Part shown: positions 13,005 to 26,208 of the stretch, in pieces
How positions within the stretch are numbered: position 1 is the first letter of the stretch
Layout: each line of letters starts with the position of its first letter
Origin: Rhizodiscina lignyota
Lineage: Eukaryota
Assembly (NCBI GenBank): GCA_010015805.1
Contig: ML978132.1
Span: forward strand, 806,001 to 870,000
DNA length: 64,000 bases
Reading direction: 5' to 3'
Notes under the pieces: generated by a model
What the model was told of the DNA's origin: nothing
Databases searched by the model: none
What the model saw: the letters and a program-made list of their open reading frames with translations, nothing else
Program-made: the position numbers and the translations under genes

Positions 13005-15385
13005 TTACTGACATATTCCACTCAAATCATCTGTTGGGAATCTCTGTGGAAATCTCGCTGGGCCAGACAGAGCGACCAGGATGTTGTTGACGACGCTAGA
13101 CGCGCTGCCCTCAAACACCCCCATTTCGTCCGAAACGCTGAAGCCCAATTGATTAAATGTCTGTGCAGCATTTCCTAGAGCAGCGATCGGTTTCCCATGG
13201 AACCATGCCTCGCGCAGGAACTCGGTCTGCAGGAAGTCAGGCACGAAGTTTGAGGGTGTGATGAGGTTAGAAGAGGAGTTTAGGTTGGATGAGGAAGTGG
13301 TGGAGAATCCAGAGGTAGCACTGGAGCCTATGATCACGGCATCATAGAAGACGGAGCTGGTGGTTGCGTACGACTGGTTTGCGGTGACGCCAGTCATGAG
13401 CTGTCCGATGTGCGGAGCGACGACTTCAAACATGACCTGCTGCGGAGCGAGTGCGGAGGTGATGATGTTGAGATCGGTTTGTGAGAGGACGGTGTCGCTT
13501 CCGATGATGCCGATGGCAAGACCGGCGTTGCTCTTGTTCTGTTCCTGGCCTCTGCCCGACAAAGGGAATAAAGATGGGAATGTCGTCGCATTGTTGGCGG
13601 ATGGTCCACTGCCAAGCGCAGGCATCGGGGCACCAATACCAAATGCGACACGCCTGGCAAGACAGTTGTCAACCTTGTTGAGGACTTGGTTGATATACTC
13701 GTTTTGAACCGGAGGAGTACAGTGACTGAGCTCAAAACGGTAGCCGTCGACAGTATGCTGTTGAGCAAACTTGTCCAATCCGTTCCAGAAGCTACGAGCT
13801 TGTCCAAAGAAATCGTTGATCAGTGAATATCTGCCAATAGGCCCATCGACAACCTCACGGTTGGCACCGGTGTACTGTAGAGCTACCTCGTCATCCGACC
13901 CAACCACTCCTCCGATATTGTTCGGGCTGGAGATGGAATTGCCTTCAAAGAGAAGAGGTTGCATGTAGCCATCGCGGTAATTGTTATTGATGGGCACAAT
14001 TGGGCGGTTGACTGGAAGGAGGTATCCGTTGGGACTGTTGTGGCGGTGGGTTGAAGTGTCGTCATAAGACATGAGGCGCCATTGCAAAAGAGGATCAGGA
14101 ACAAAGTCGAAGCCACGGACCACAGTGCTTGGCGCGAAAGAGATGCTCTCTGGCTCTGCGAAGAAGTTGGTTGGATTTCTATTCAAGGTCAATTTGCCCA
14201 GGCGGATCATGGGAGCCATTTCTTCCGGAATGATTTTTGTGGGATCCAGAAGCTGTTTGGTTTAAGTGAGCGACATGATCATATCAAATTATCTCGATCC
14301 ACTCACATCGATGCCCTTGTACATGTAGGTGCCATCGTCGGGAAGGATCTGGACAGCAAAGTCCCATTCTGGAAAGATGCCCGCATTGATTGCATTGAAC
14401 AGATCAACTCGTTGGAAATTACCATTCATGCCAACAATCTTCAACGCCTCATCATAGACTAGCGAGCGGTGGCCGAGCTTAGGGAGCCAGTACCTGTGTA
14501 TCCATTAATCAATGCCTCGCATGTTAAGGTGAACCATATTACCATTTGAACAGCGATGTCTTGCCATCCGCGGTGATGAATCTATAGGTATGAACTCCAT
14601 TTCCGCTGATATGTCGCACATCTCGCGGAATACCAAGGTCGGATAGCACAGTCATCAGCTGGAATGTGTGTTCCTTGCGTTGAGTGAAGAAATCATACGC
14701 AGTATCGTGCGCGGAACCACCTGCAAGACTTTAGTGCGCTTCTAAGCTAGTCATGTAGATGGTACTCACCAGTTGGGAAGCCTTTATCAACTTCAAATTT
14801 GACCGCGTGGATGAGATCCGGGAAGAGGATACCATCATTGATGAAAAACGACGGCAAATGATTGCCGACCAAGTCCTGATTGCCGCATTTCGAGTAAATC
14901 TTGGTAGCGAATCCGTGGGTATCACGAGCGACCTCGCTCCCTCCGTTAGAGGCCACCACCACGCTGAATCGTACGAAAACATCTGAGACCACTCCTTCCT
15001 GCAGCCAACAGGCAGATGTGATATTGCTCCAGTCCGCATAAGGCTCGAATGTCCCGTACGCTCCGTGACCGAGCGCGTGTACTACTCGTTCGGGTGCTCG
15101 CTCATGGCCGAAATGGATTATCTTCTTTCGACCGGCAGTGTCTTCGAGGAGGTTGTAGCCTCGAGGGCCAGCACGGAGAGAGTTTGTAGTGTTATCGGGA
15201 GTGCCCTCACTTGTTGTTTCCATTTGACCATTAGTATTTACACGGGCTTGAGCCAATTGCTCTTGCTGTAAAGACGTCAATCCTCACGACTGCATATAGA
15301 CTGGAAGCGTGACTACCTTCGGTGTCTGTGCAGCAGAAAGGGCAGCAGAGGACAACAGCCCTCCAAGAAGGTACGAAAACAACAT
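13005..15385 (-). CDS. Secreted large-subunit (clade 2-type) heme catalase
   Basis: Signal peptide MLFSYLLGGLLSSAALSAA; HERAPERVVH (distal His), RFS, RDTHGFATK, DLVGN, FPDLIHAVK, DPLLQWRLMSYDDT (proximal Tyr), and a C-terminal flavodoxin/DJ-1-like domain (SSVFYDAVI..HGKPIAALG). Several introns. Confidence 0.92.
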
Positions 15386-16770
15386 GACTCCACTCAGCAG
15401 CTATGAGCACAAGAATAAGATGAAGAGAATTGCAGATCTAAGAGACCTCTGTGACAGCAAACATCGAAAGATATAATCTCTCATATAAAGGTTGAGGCCT
15501 TTTCAAGAATTACTGTATTCGTTTTCGCGCTCAATGGAGATCTTGCTCAGTGCCTTGATTCCTATTCGTCCTGCGTCAGCCACAGGTGAGTAATTCAAGA
15601 CATGAATGCACTTCGTGGAAGCAAGCTGCATTGACAGTCCAACATGATGAACCGCCACTGGAGTCGGCGTCATGTCAGCTTCCTACTTCATGACATTCGG
15701 AAGTGTGAGAGAAAAGCCACAGTACGATGATGAATGCTGACGAAGGCGAGTTCCACGGAGACAGAAAGAGCTAGGTATGCTATTTGATCAATTAGGATGC
15801 TAATATTCTCGAGAGGATTCGAGGCGTGCGTTATTTGAGAACTGGTAGGTCGCCCGACGTTGCCGGTGATCCCCCGAAGTTCATGATGAAACGCATGACA
15901 GGGGGGATTAGGAATCGAATTGCATCAAACAATTTGAAATTAGAAAAGAACGATTGGTGCAATAAGCAGTAGCTCAGATTTCCCGCACCGAGCGTTCCGT
16001 AGGGCTGAGTGCTGCGCCAGGATACTCGTCAAACTGGACTGCTCGTGCGTGGAGAAAAAGTCGTTGAAGTGGCTCACGCTGTGATGCTAGAACAATGTTA
16101 AGCGCATCTGACGTGGTTTGAGATCCGAGATTTGAGATATTTAAAGACAACTCGTATGCAAGGACCGGGGATCAGTGTTTGAATTTGGCGAATACTCTGG
16201 GGATAGATGGAGTCGAGATCAGGAGCCTCTGCACGAACCATTGTAGCAAAGGATCCGAATTGGTTGGTCTAGTCTTGAGGGACTAAGTCTCAGCAACTCT
16301 ATCCGTAATCGAGTAGTGGCAGTAGTGGTTGAAAGGCCAAAGCAACCCAGAAAGAGCGTCATCATTGAGTGAAGTGATGTCTTTGACGTGAGCCGAAACG
16401 ATCCTTGACAACGATGATAGTATCGGGGAAACTCTGGGGAACGTCTGGGAAAAGTCCGGCAATGTTTCGTCTTTGAATTTAACTAGAGACACCACCTGAA
16501 AACGCAGAATAATCGCCCCTTAGTCATAAAGAGAAGAAAGACTCACCAAGAGCTTCTTACGGACACAAATCTCTCAAGTTCAAGCACTCTTTGAGTTCTT
16601 TTGCGGCGGGTGCTGAACTTCGACTACGTTGTACGCGGACTTCATGGCGCCAAGACATCACGTTGAGGCATCAATCAACCAAGACCGACCTTAATCGTCG
16701 TCGTTAGTTCTTTCTACTACTCGGAAACTCAATTGGGTGCTATATATGGTCATTTGGTCATGCTGATCCC

Positions 16771-17656
16771 ATGGATTCAACGCAAGAGCATGGGAAGATG
16801 GATGACTTGACACTCGACGCGCCATCAGGCACTCAAGAACGCATCATAGCAGATAGCGACGATGACGACAACGAGTCATTGAAGGACGCTGAAAATGAGG
16901 GCAATGGAACTGTGCAAGAAGAAGATCCGACGATGACGCGTTCGACTGTTGATGACCATGTCAGTATACAGGAGGATGGTGCGGTGGCGACGCGTTCAGA
17001 GGTCTCAGAAGCGCCAGAGAACGGAGCGCCTTCAGACAATCCCGTCGCAGATGTCTCCCGAGACGAACAGAATGCTTCATTGAAAGTGCCTGAGTCTGTT
17101 GATCATGGCGTTGGTGGCCTAACCCTGATGGATTCCACAGTGGCTGAGGAAGATTCGAAGGAAAATGGGGAGATCAATCAACTCCGATCTCCGATGAATG
17201 GCGATGAGTCAATGTCCAAGCAAAAAGAAACTAGCATGGGCGGAGAGAGTCATCTTTCAACAGAAGCCAAACGCTTGGTAAACTATAAATCCTTATTTAA
17301 TTTTACTTCACTCATCTTACTAACGAAATCAGAACGCTGTCAATGCTCGTAATGCAAGCCTCAAAGCCACCCTCGCAGAGCTGGATGCAGAGAAGAATAG
17401 TCTGCTGGAGAAGTTCTCCGCGATTTCCCACAAGGGTGCAAAGAACTCAGAGGATGGAGGAAACCAGTTAACCTCTGAACAAGCAGACGCAAGCCTCACA
17501 GCGGCCAAGGCTGTGACCAAAGAGCACATATCACTTCTGCATCGATACAACGAGATGCGTGATATCGGCCTCGGCATGATGGGTATTATCGCTGATCAGC
17601 GCGGCGTGCGACTGCGGGATGTGCAGGAAGAATTCGGTGTCGATGCGAAGGACTAG
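16771..17656 (+). CDS. SWI5: Swi5/Sae3-family DNA repair/recombination protein with a long acidic N-terminus
   Basis: Intron 17278-17332. The C-terminal exon reads HISLLHRYNEMRDIGLGMMGIIADQRGVRLRDVQEEFGV, the Swi5/Sae3 signature. Confidence 0.85.
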
Positions 17657-17684
17657 AAAATAATCTGGATGCAGTTGTGTAGCG

Positions 17685-18938
17685 TCAGTCGCTGTCGTCG
17701 TCGCTTCCGTAGCCGACTAATGGACCAGTGGGAGCACCTCTCTTCTTTGCGGTCTTGAAGGAATGGCCTTGTAGCGCTTTCAGCGTAGTGTTAGAGAATA
17801 TACCACCCTTGCTTGCTTCTGCTGCCGCGTCCTCCACCGTACCGTCTCCAATCAACAACTGCTCCTCTGGTGCTTCCAGCGCGCCCGTCCTTTGTCGTTC
17901 TTTCTCCTCCTCCCAGTCACCCTTTTCCTTGGCGTACCACACCTCATCTGGTGCGTCATACCCCTTCAGCCCAAAACTTCCTTCAATCTTCCTCCTCTTG
18001 CTCACTTCCGGATCTCTTCCCTCCAACTCAGCCACATAATCCGGTGGAAGTGCAGCCCTGACCGCCTCGGCAGCCTGCTCTTCAATGCGTCTCGCCTCTC
18101 TCTTCTGCGCCTGAGGGTTCGGATCCATTGTCGCCCACCGCACGTTGAGCACTTCACTGTGATCCAGCGCCTGATGCGCCATTGCCTCCTTTGCAAACTG
18201 ACTGTTCGCCTCATTGGTGTACGTTACGAACGCCACGCCTCTTGCTGGCAATACTCGTACGCGGTCGACCTGTCCCCATTCTTGGAAGTGTCGCGCGACA
18301 ACTTCCTCAATATCGTCTGTGACGTGTATGCGGCCAACGTAGAGTGTTCGATTCTGTCGCATGAAGCTGCCCACACCGCCCATGTCATCGCGATAGTCGC
18401 TGAATTTGTCGCGGCCGAAACAGTCTACGTTCGGGTTGAAGATGTCGGTCACGGTAGGTAGGCGGTGGAGGTACTCGCATTCTCTGCCTTTCGGACACAG
18501 ACCGCGCGCAAAGAAAAGGCAGAAGTAGGATCCGGGTACTTTGTCTGCGCGAGTGTAGCCAGAGTCTTTGCGCACGTTGCAACGAGAAGGTGCGGCATGT
18601 TTCGAGAGGTACTTGTCTTCGCGGTCTCCACCCGACCACTTGTTGTACCAGATGTTGAAGATTGTGCCCGTCTGGGGTGGCGGCTCGGATTTGAAGGTTG
18701 ATGCATCGACTTGTGGTCGGGCTGGTCTGCGCTTCTTCTTCACGATCTTCTTGATCACCTTCTTGCCGTCGGCGTTGGTTGTTGTGAGAGCGGTAGAGGT
18801 GGCGGGTGCATCTTCGTCTGCATCTTCGTCGGCAGCAACGGGGATGACTGCGTTTTCGCTTTCTGCAGGTACAGTAAGGTCGACAGTGGGGGGAGCTTCG
18901 ACTTCTGCCATAATGTCGTTACGTTGTGCGGAGGGCAT
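17685..18938 (-). CDS. CWC2: Pre-mRNA-splicing factor Cwc2 (CCCH zinc finger + RRM)
   Basis: QTGTIFNIWYNKWSGG, FCLFFARGLCPKGRECEYLH, DCFGRDKFSDYRDDMGGVGSF, and RRM TLYVGRI..AFVTY. Start is at 18938 or 18911. Confidence 0.95.
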   Translation of the reverse strand: MPSAQRNDIMAEVEAPPTVDLTVPAESENAVIPVAADEDADEDAPATSTALTTTNADGKKVIKKIVKKKRRPARPQVDASTFKSEPPPQTGTIFNIWYNKWSGGDREDKYLSKHAAPSRCNVRKDSGYTRADKVPGSYFCLFFARGLCPKGRECEYLHRLPTVTDIFNPNVDCFGRDKFSDYRDDMGGVGSFMRQNRTLYVGRIHVTDDIEEVVARHFQEWGQVDRVRVLPARGVAFVTYTNEANSQFAKEAMAHQALDHSEVLNVRWATMDPNPQAQKREARRIEEQAAEAVRAALPPDYVAELEGRDPEVSKRRKIEGSFGLKGYDAPDEVWYAKEKGDWEEEKERQRTGALEAPEEQLLIGDGTVEDAAAEASKGGIFSNTTLKALQGHSFKTAKKRGAPTGPLVGYGSDDDSD

Positions 18939-20294
18939 GGAGGACAGCTGTTATGGAAGAAGTTTGAGGCGATGCCAAGAGATCTTGCCAAGAGATTGAT
19001 AAGATCTGACTGCTCGCGTAGAGATGTCTTGCCAGCGCAGGCTAGGCCGAATACGGTGCAATGTCGCGCTAGCGTTGCCAGGGAGAGCTAGCCCCTGCAA
19101 TTTCGCACGTGGATCTCGCACGGCCACGTTCGCTTCGCTCGCGACTGCAGCGTCGCTTTCTCTTTCGGCAAAGTGGCCATTGGACGCATCAACCATCTCA
19201 CTCCATCTCTCGACCTTTCTACTTCATGTTTCCTGTCTGTAGTAGTGGAAGCTTACCGGAAGACGGCATCTCGTCTCACTCGAGCATCGGGATCACTGAT
19301 GTAGACATGGGAAATCTACGAATCTACGGGGAACGAAACGAATCGAAACAGAGATACCTAGCGATGACTGCGTTCTTGGCGGGGAATTGCTTCTCATCGG
19401 CGTTAAATCCGGCTCCTTCGAAGTACGTACACCTCCCTCTTTTGCTGCAACTCCGATATCCGGTGTGCGAGTGGCATCGTTTCCCGTCGGATGCTCCAGC
19501 TTCCGAGTGGACTTGTGCAGAGCGCGGCAGTCGATTTAACCTCGAGAAGAGAGTTCTGACGCACGAGCCGACCTTGTCTGGCCAGTGGCCAGGCGTCTCG
19601 CTAGCCCTGTCGGTGATCCCGTATAGATTTCCTTGCAGAGTCACCGATGACGAGAATGAATCCTGTTACGCCTCGCATCAGGGGCCACAAATCGAGACCG
19701 GACGCCGTGATTCATCGTGAATCAAATTGATATGAGGCTGCTCGTATTCGCTTCCCAGCTCTTCGAGCAGAAGCCGTCTGAATCCTCAGCGGATCCGCCA
19801 ATTAATGACTATCTGCGCTCATCGGCATCCCTGGGTGGATCCCGAGCAAATGATGGCAGCAGTACTGTGGTGCGTGCCGGTGCCGAAGCGCACCATCCCC
19901 AGATTCGTATAGGTGTGCGAGCGAGTAAGCCTTCCCGCCGCGCCACCTGCACGCAGATTGTGCACCACTGACCTCCGTACGTACATCTGGCCGAAGGCTC
20001 CAGCTAAACATTCATCATGGCCGTTCTGCCTGAAAATACGAGCTCCGACTCAACACTCTTTCAATTGCATCCTCACCTTTTCCCACCTTAGGCATCCTCT
20101 TTACCTTGATCGTGCCCTTGACAGTTTACGTCACCATTATCGTTGGCGTCGCCACTTTGTCTAAAATTTTAGCCTTCTTAACGCTCACGAACTTCATCCT
20201 ACCCATTGTATGGTCTGACGTATACCTTATCGCCCTCAATTGAGCGCCCAAGACCCTGAGTTTGACCATACCTGCCCTTTGCTAGGCATAAATC

Positions 20295-23200
20295 ATGGGG
20301 GACAAGCCAGAGAACAAAGACGAATCCACGTCCACGCCCACGCCCATCGAATGGTCGGAAAAGCAGAAGGATGATATACTAGAGGAGAGCTCATCGAGAG
20401 AGATCACTAGCGATGCTGAGAAGACAGCCGTAGGACAAGCTCCGGTCATGGGAGAAATAACCATTCCCATTCAAGATAAACTGGACTTGGAGAAGCTGGA
20501 CTCGCAAATACAGGAAAAGAAGAAAGATGGAGACGAGGATCCTTTCAAACATTTGCCAGAACACGAGGCTGAGATTTTACGGAGACAATTAGACGTGCCG
20601 GCGGTCAAAGTCACCTTTTTCACCCTACACAGGTGAGTAGCGATGTCCCAAGTGATTCTTCGCTTTAGCGTTAGAAGACACGAATACAGGTGTGAGGCAT
20701 GCGACAGAGCTAACTTTTCCACCTAGATATGCGACACGGTGGGACATGATCATTCTTTCCATCTCTGCCTTCTGTGCCATCGCTGCTGGAAGCGCCCTTC
20801 CTCTAATGACAATCATCTTCGGCCGTCTCACTGGTACCTTTAGCGGGTTTTTCAATGGCCACGGAGATATCAGCTCTTTCAACAGTCAGCTGGGGAACTT
20901 GGTCCTTTACTTTGTCTACCTTGCAATCGGCGAATTTGTAACACAGTACATCGCAACGGTTGGCTTCATCTACGCTGGCGAGCACATGACGCAGAAAATC
21001 CGGGAGCAGTATCTTAAAGCGATGCTCCGCCAGAATGTTGCTTTCTTCGACAAACTCGGCGCTGGCGAGATTACCACCAGGATTACAGCAGATACCAATT
21101 TGATCCAGGACGGCATTTCCGAGAAGGTCGGCTTGACCATGTCTGCGCTTGCGACGTTCATTGCTGCCTTTGTCATCGGCTTCGTCTATTACTGGAAACT
21201 CACATTGATTCTCTGCTCAACAGTTGTCGCCCTCGTTGTCACAATGGGTGGTGGATCCAGCTTCGTGATAAAGTGGACAGCAAAGTCGCAAGAGGCGTAT
21301 GCGAAAGGTGGTACGGTCGCGGAAGAAGTTCTCAGCTCAATTCGCAATGCCACGGCCTTTAATACCCAGGAGAAACTCGCGCGACAGTACGATGCTTACC
21401 TCAATGAAGCGGAGTCGTATGGTAAGAAGCTGCAATTAATTCTTGGCTTCATGATTGCCACCATGATGACGCTCATCTATCTCAACTACGTAAGTTCTCT
21501 GCCTTTTGGGAGCACTTCGCAGACTCACATTTGACAGGCACTCACATTCTGGCAAGGCTCCCGTTTCCTCGTCCGAGGAGACATGAGCCTCCAAGACGTT
21601 CTTATTATCTTGTTCTCCATCATCATCGGCGCTTTCTCGCTCGGCAACGTCGCCCCCAACGGCAAAGCATTCACAGCGGCCGTCGCAGCAGGCCAAAAGA
21701 TTTTCAGTGCGATCGATCGCGTTTCGCCAATAGACCCGGAATCCGACGAGGGCGATAAATTGGAAGAAGTCAAAGGCACAGTAGAACTACGCAATATTAA
21801 GCATATCTATCCGTCGCGACCGGAAGTCGTCGTGATGGAGGATGTCAGCTTGACCATCCCTGCTGGTAAGACGACCGCTCTGGTCGGCGCATCCGGCTCC
21901 GGAAAGTCGACAATTGTTGGGCTCGTCGAGCGCTTCTACGATCCTGTTGGAGGACAAGTTTTCCTTGACGAACACGATATCACGACGCTTAACCTGAGAT
22001 GGCTGCGTCAACACATCTCTCTCGTGCAGCAAGAGCCTGTACTCTTCGCGACGACGATCCAGGACAACATCCGTCATGGTCTCCTTGGTACAGAGCACGA
22101 GGATCTTGGCGAGGAGAAGCAAAAGGAGATGATTATTAACGCTGCGAAAATGTCGAATGCTCATGATTTTATCACTGCACTTCCGGAAGGCTATGAGACG
22201 AATGTGGGCGAGCGCGGATTCTTGCTCAGTGGAGGCCAAAAACAACGTATCGCCATCGCAAGAGCTATTGTGAGTGATCCAAAGATTCTGCTACTTGATG
22301 AGGCGACATCTGCACTGGATACAAAGAGCGAAGGCGTGGTGCAAGCTGCTCTCGACCGCGCCGCTCAAGGACGTACGACAATCGTCATTGCGCATCGTTT
22401 GTCAACCATCAAGCATGCAGACAATATTGTGGTCATGTCTCAAGGTCGAATTGTCGAGCAAGGGAAACACGACGAACTCCTAGAAAAGAGAGGGGCGTAC
22501 TACAACCTCGTCGAGGCGCAAAAGATCATTGCCGCTGCCGCGGCACAGCAAGAAGAACACTCGGACGACATTAGCATTGTGGACGACGAGAAGAAAGATC
22601 CCCAGGTTCTTTCTAAAGAAAAATCCTATGACACTGAGAAGTTCGAATCTGATCCCGACGACGTTGATCCTGGCCGTCTCAATCGCACTCAGACCGGCAA
22701 ATCCGCATCCAGCGCTGCGCTCGAAAAGAAGAAGGCCGAGGAGAAGCATGAATACTCACTTTGGACGCTCATGAAAGTCGTTGGCCAGTTCAACAAACCG
22801 GAATGGTACATTATGGCCTTTGGTTTCGTCTGCTGCGTCATCGCTGGTGGCGGCAATCCCACACAGGCCATTTTCTTTGCGAAATCCATCTCGGCGTTGA
22901 GTCTGCCACCTCCTCTTTATGGCGAACTAAGACATGAAATCAACTTCTGGGCCTGGATGTACTTTATGCTTGCCGGTACCCAACTTCTCAGCATGGGTGG
23001 CCAAGGCTCCGCTCTGGGATACTGTTCTGAGCGCCTCATCCATCGGGCTAGAGACCAATCCTTCCGCACCATGCTGCGTCAAGATATCCAATTCTTCGAT
23101 AGAGAAGAAAATAACGCCGGCGCACTGACAACTTTCCTCTCCACCGAGACGACACATCTCGCAGGCCTCAGCGGCGCGACCCTCGGCACCATCCTCATGG

Positions 23201-24587
23201 TCTCCACGACTCTGGTCGCTGCAATGACCCTCGCCATTGCCATCGGCTGGAAACTCGGCCTTGTCTGCACCGCCACCATTCCCGTTCTTCTGGCCTGCGG
23301 GTTCTTCCGGTTCTGGATGCTCGCCCGCTTCCAGACGCGCGCAAAAAAGGCGTACGAGAAATCTGCAGGCTACGCATGCGAAGCGACGTCCGCGATTCGA
23401 ACTGTTGCGAGCCTGACAAGAGAGCAGGATGTGTGGAATAACTACCACGACCAGTTGACGGCCCAGGGCGCAAAGTCGCTGCAGAGTGTGCTCAGGAGCT
23501 CGACGCTGTATGCGAGTAGTCAGTCGTTTATTTTCTTGTGCAATGCGCTGGGCTTTTGGTATGGTGGCACGCTGATCGGGCGTGGCGAGTACACAATTTT
23601 CCAGTTCTTCGTGTGCTTTACGGCTGTCATTTTCGGTGCGCAGTCGGCGGGTACGATCTTTTCTTTTGCCCCGGATATGGGGAAGGCGAAGCACGCTGCG
23701 GCCCAGCTAAAAACGCTGTTCGATCGTGTCCCGGAGATTGATAGTTGGAGTCAGGATGGGGAGAAGGTGGAACAGATGGACGGTTCGATCGAGTTCCGTG
23801 ATGTCCATTTCCGCTATCCGACAAGACCGGAGCAACCTGTCCTTCGGGGCTTGGATTTTACAGTCAAGCCGGGCCAATACGTTGCGCTTGTAGGCGCTTC
23901 GGGCTGCGGTAAATCCACCACGATTGCGCTGCTCGAGAGGTTTTACGATCCGCTCGTTGGCGGTGTTTTCGTCGACGGCAAGGAGATTAGCAGTCTGAAT
24001 CTCACTCAATATCGCAGCCATTTGGCGCTCGTCAGTCAGGAGCCGACGCTGTATCAGGGCACGATTCGGGAGAATGTTCTGCTAGGGAGTGATCGCGAGG
24101 ATGAGGTCACCGATGAGGAAATTGAGAAGGCATGTCGTGATGCAAATATTTATGAGTTTGTGATGAGTTTGCCGTAAGTTGCCTTCGTTTGACATAACCC
24201 GAACAGCTACTGATTTAAGAAATGAATAGTGACGGTTTTCAAACACTCTGCGGCTCCAAAGGCACACTCCTCTCCGGCGGCCAGAAACAGCGTGTCGCCA
24301 TTGCTCGCGCGCTCCTTCGCAACCCGAAAATCTTGCTCCTCGACGAGGCCACTTCCGCGCTCGACTCCGAGTCCGAGAAGGTCGTCCAGGCAGCGTTGGA
24401 TCATGCCGCAAAGGGTAGAACTACAATTGCCGTCGCTCACCGGCTAAGCACGATCCAAAAGGCTGACATGATCTATGTCATTGACCAGGGTAGAGTGTTG
24501 GAGAGCGGTACGCACGGCGATTTGGTGGCGAAGAAGGGGAGGTACTTTGAGCTTGTGAATTTGCAGAGTTTGGGCAAGATGGGCTAG
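20295..24587 (+). CDS. Full-size ABCB (MDR/P-glycoprotein-type) multidrug transporter
   Basis: Two TMD-NBD halves with Walker [10 protein letters not shown] / [17 protein letters not shown] signatures and [11 protein letters not shown]. Introns at about 20633-20747, 21490-21537 and 24174-24229. Confidence 0.95.
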
Positions 24588-25128
24588 ACACAGTTGCTGA
24601 ATGGGTTTTGGTATGCATTGCGACGGCGCATTAGGGTTGCTCTCGGCTGTGAAAGGTACACGCTTGGGATCTTGGTATGATGTAGCTGCGTGAGCAGCTC
24701 AACTCCACTTTTCTCAATTGTTTGAGTAGATAGATATGCTAGATATCCTGGCTCATGTCCCATTAGTCTGAAGTACCTTATGATGGAAATACATGTCTCG
24801 CGCTTGTCTTCGAATTCTGAGTGCTCAATGCCGAAGATGTGCCGCATTGCAGCGCTGACTGAAGGCAGTAGCAACCTCGAATGGACGACATGACCGAGCA
24901 CAGACTGAGCACAGACTCTATGATTGTAACTGTAGATTTGCGAGTTGCTAAATATAGTATGTACATGGTGGTGAGGTACAGCTCGTCTCCCTACACCTTT
25001 CCCCTCTTCCCACCAGCCAAAAAGAAGAGTCTACCACCACTCCATCCTCCTCCCTGGTGCGAGGTTTGGGGGTGGGACAAGTCAAAAAGAGGTCAAAAAA
25101 GTAAACCCACTGCCGCGGCCGGATGAAT

Positions 25129-25233
25129 TGTCCCCGGCGAGAATCGAACTCGCGGCCTTCGGATTTCCCGGACTTCGTCCGGATCATACAATTAGTATGA
25201 GACCGACGTGATAACCGACTACACCACGGAGAC
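25129..25233 (-). tRNA. tRNA-Met(CAT), elongator type, with a 31-nt intron
   Basis: Acceptor stem GTCTCCG/CGGGGAC-A; anticodon arm TCGGT-CTCATA^A-TCCGA with intron 25165-25195; T arm GCGAG-TTCGATT-CTCGC; oligo-T Pol III terminator about 30 nt downstream. Confidence 0.93.
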
Positions 25234-26208
25234 GTTCAAGCAAGGCTTGAGTGGCATTGGTCCGAAAATTCAACTTGAAATATATAGGGCAAAATTATTC
25301 CCAGTAAAAGCAATATTCGTCATCGATCCGCTCCTCCAATTTTTTGCTTAGGTAGTTTGCCGAAGCGCGTCTCACAGTCCCGCACACTCTGTCGCAGTCT
25401 CGCAGAGTTTTTCGATCTCTCTCTCGCAAAATACCGTATTTATCGCGCTCTTTCGCTGAAGCTGAAGGCCCTGACTTAGCACTCATACATATAAAACTCT
25501 ATACGCCTGTAGTTATGAGCAAGCCTACTGTTTACTTTAGAAGGTTAGTGATGGCTTTTAACCCCCAACCAGCTTCGGCGACAGAGCGCGATAACCACGG
25601 CATGGCTCCCGAGAGACAACAATCGTAGGGTAGCCCGTAAATTTGAACCTACTCTAATGCTGCCAATTTACGCGCTGCTATATAATACAGCACGACGAGA
25701 GGCTACTGAAAGGCAATGGGTGATGTACCGCCATTGCCGCCTCATCCCCAGCAGGTCGAGATCGCACACGGTCCTTTCTCAACATCGGCAGCCCACTACA
25801 CTACGGCACAGATCGTCGAACCTTAACGTATAGACGCGGTAAATATAGATGCCGCTACAAATATCTTTGGGCTCCTCAGATGCTGCCATGGCTCGGAGTA
25901 TCCCCACGAGTACGGAGTAAGATTCGGTCAAACCACACGCCCGGATCAGCAGCACAGACGAATACTCGAGCATAAGACTCGTTCACAAGCTGAAAATGAT
26001 ATGCAGGTACTAACTTTCCATCGTATGTTTACCTCTGTTTCACCGATAGCTCCGCGATTTCTATTTCAGGACGAGGACGGCGTATTGAGCCTTGGTTTGG
26101 CAGAGGATTCCACAAGTACTTAACAACGAACATCCCTCTTCCTGAAGCCGCACGAAGTCATAAGATTCCCTTTAATTCGCAAAGGACATTTCATAAACAT
26201 TCGTAACA

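Noticed and set aside
19109..19971. 203-aa and shorter ORFs between CWC2 and the ABC transporter
   Set aside because: Non-ATG starts and no protein-like features; probably a divergent promoter region.
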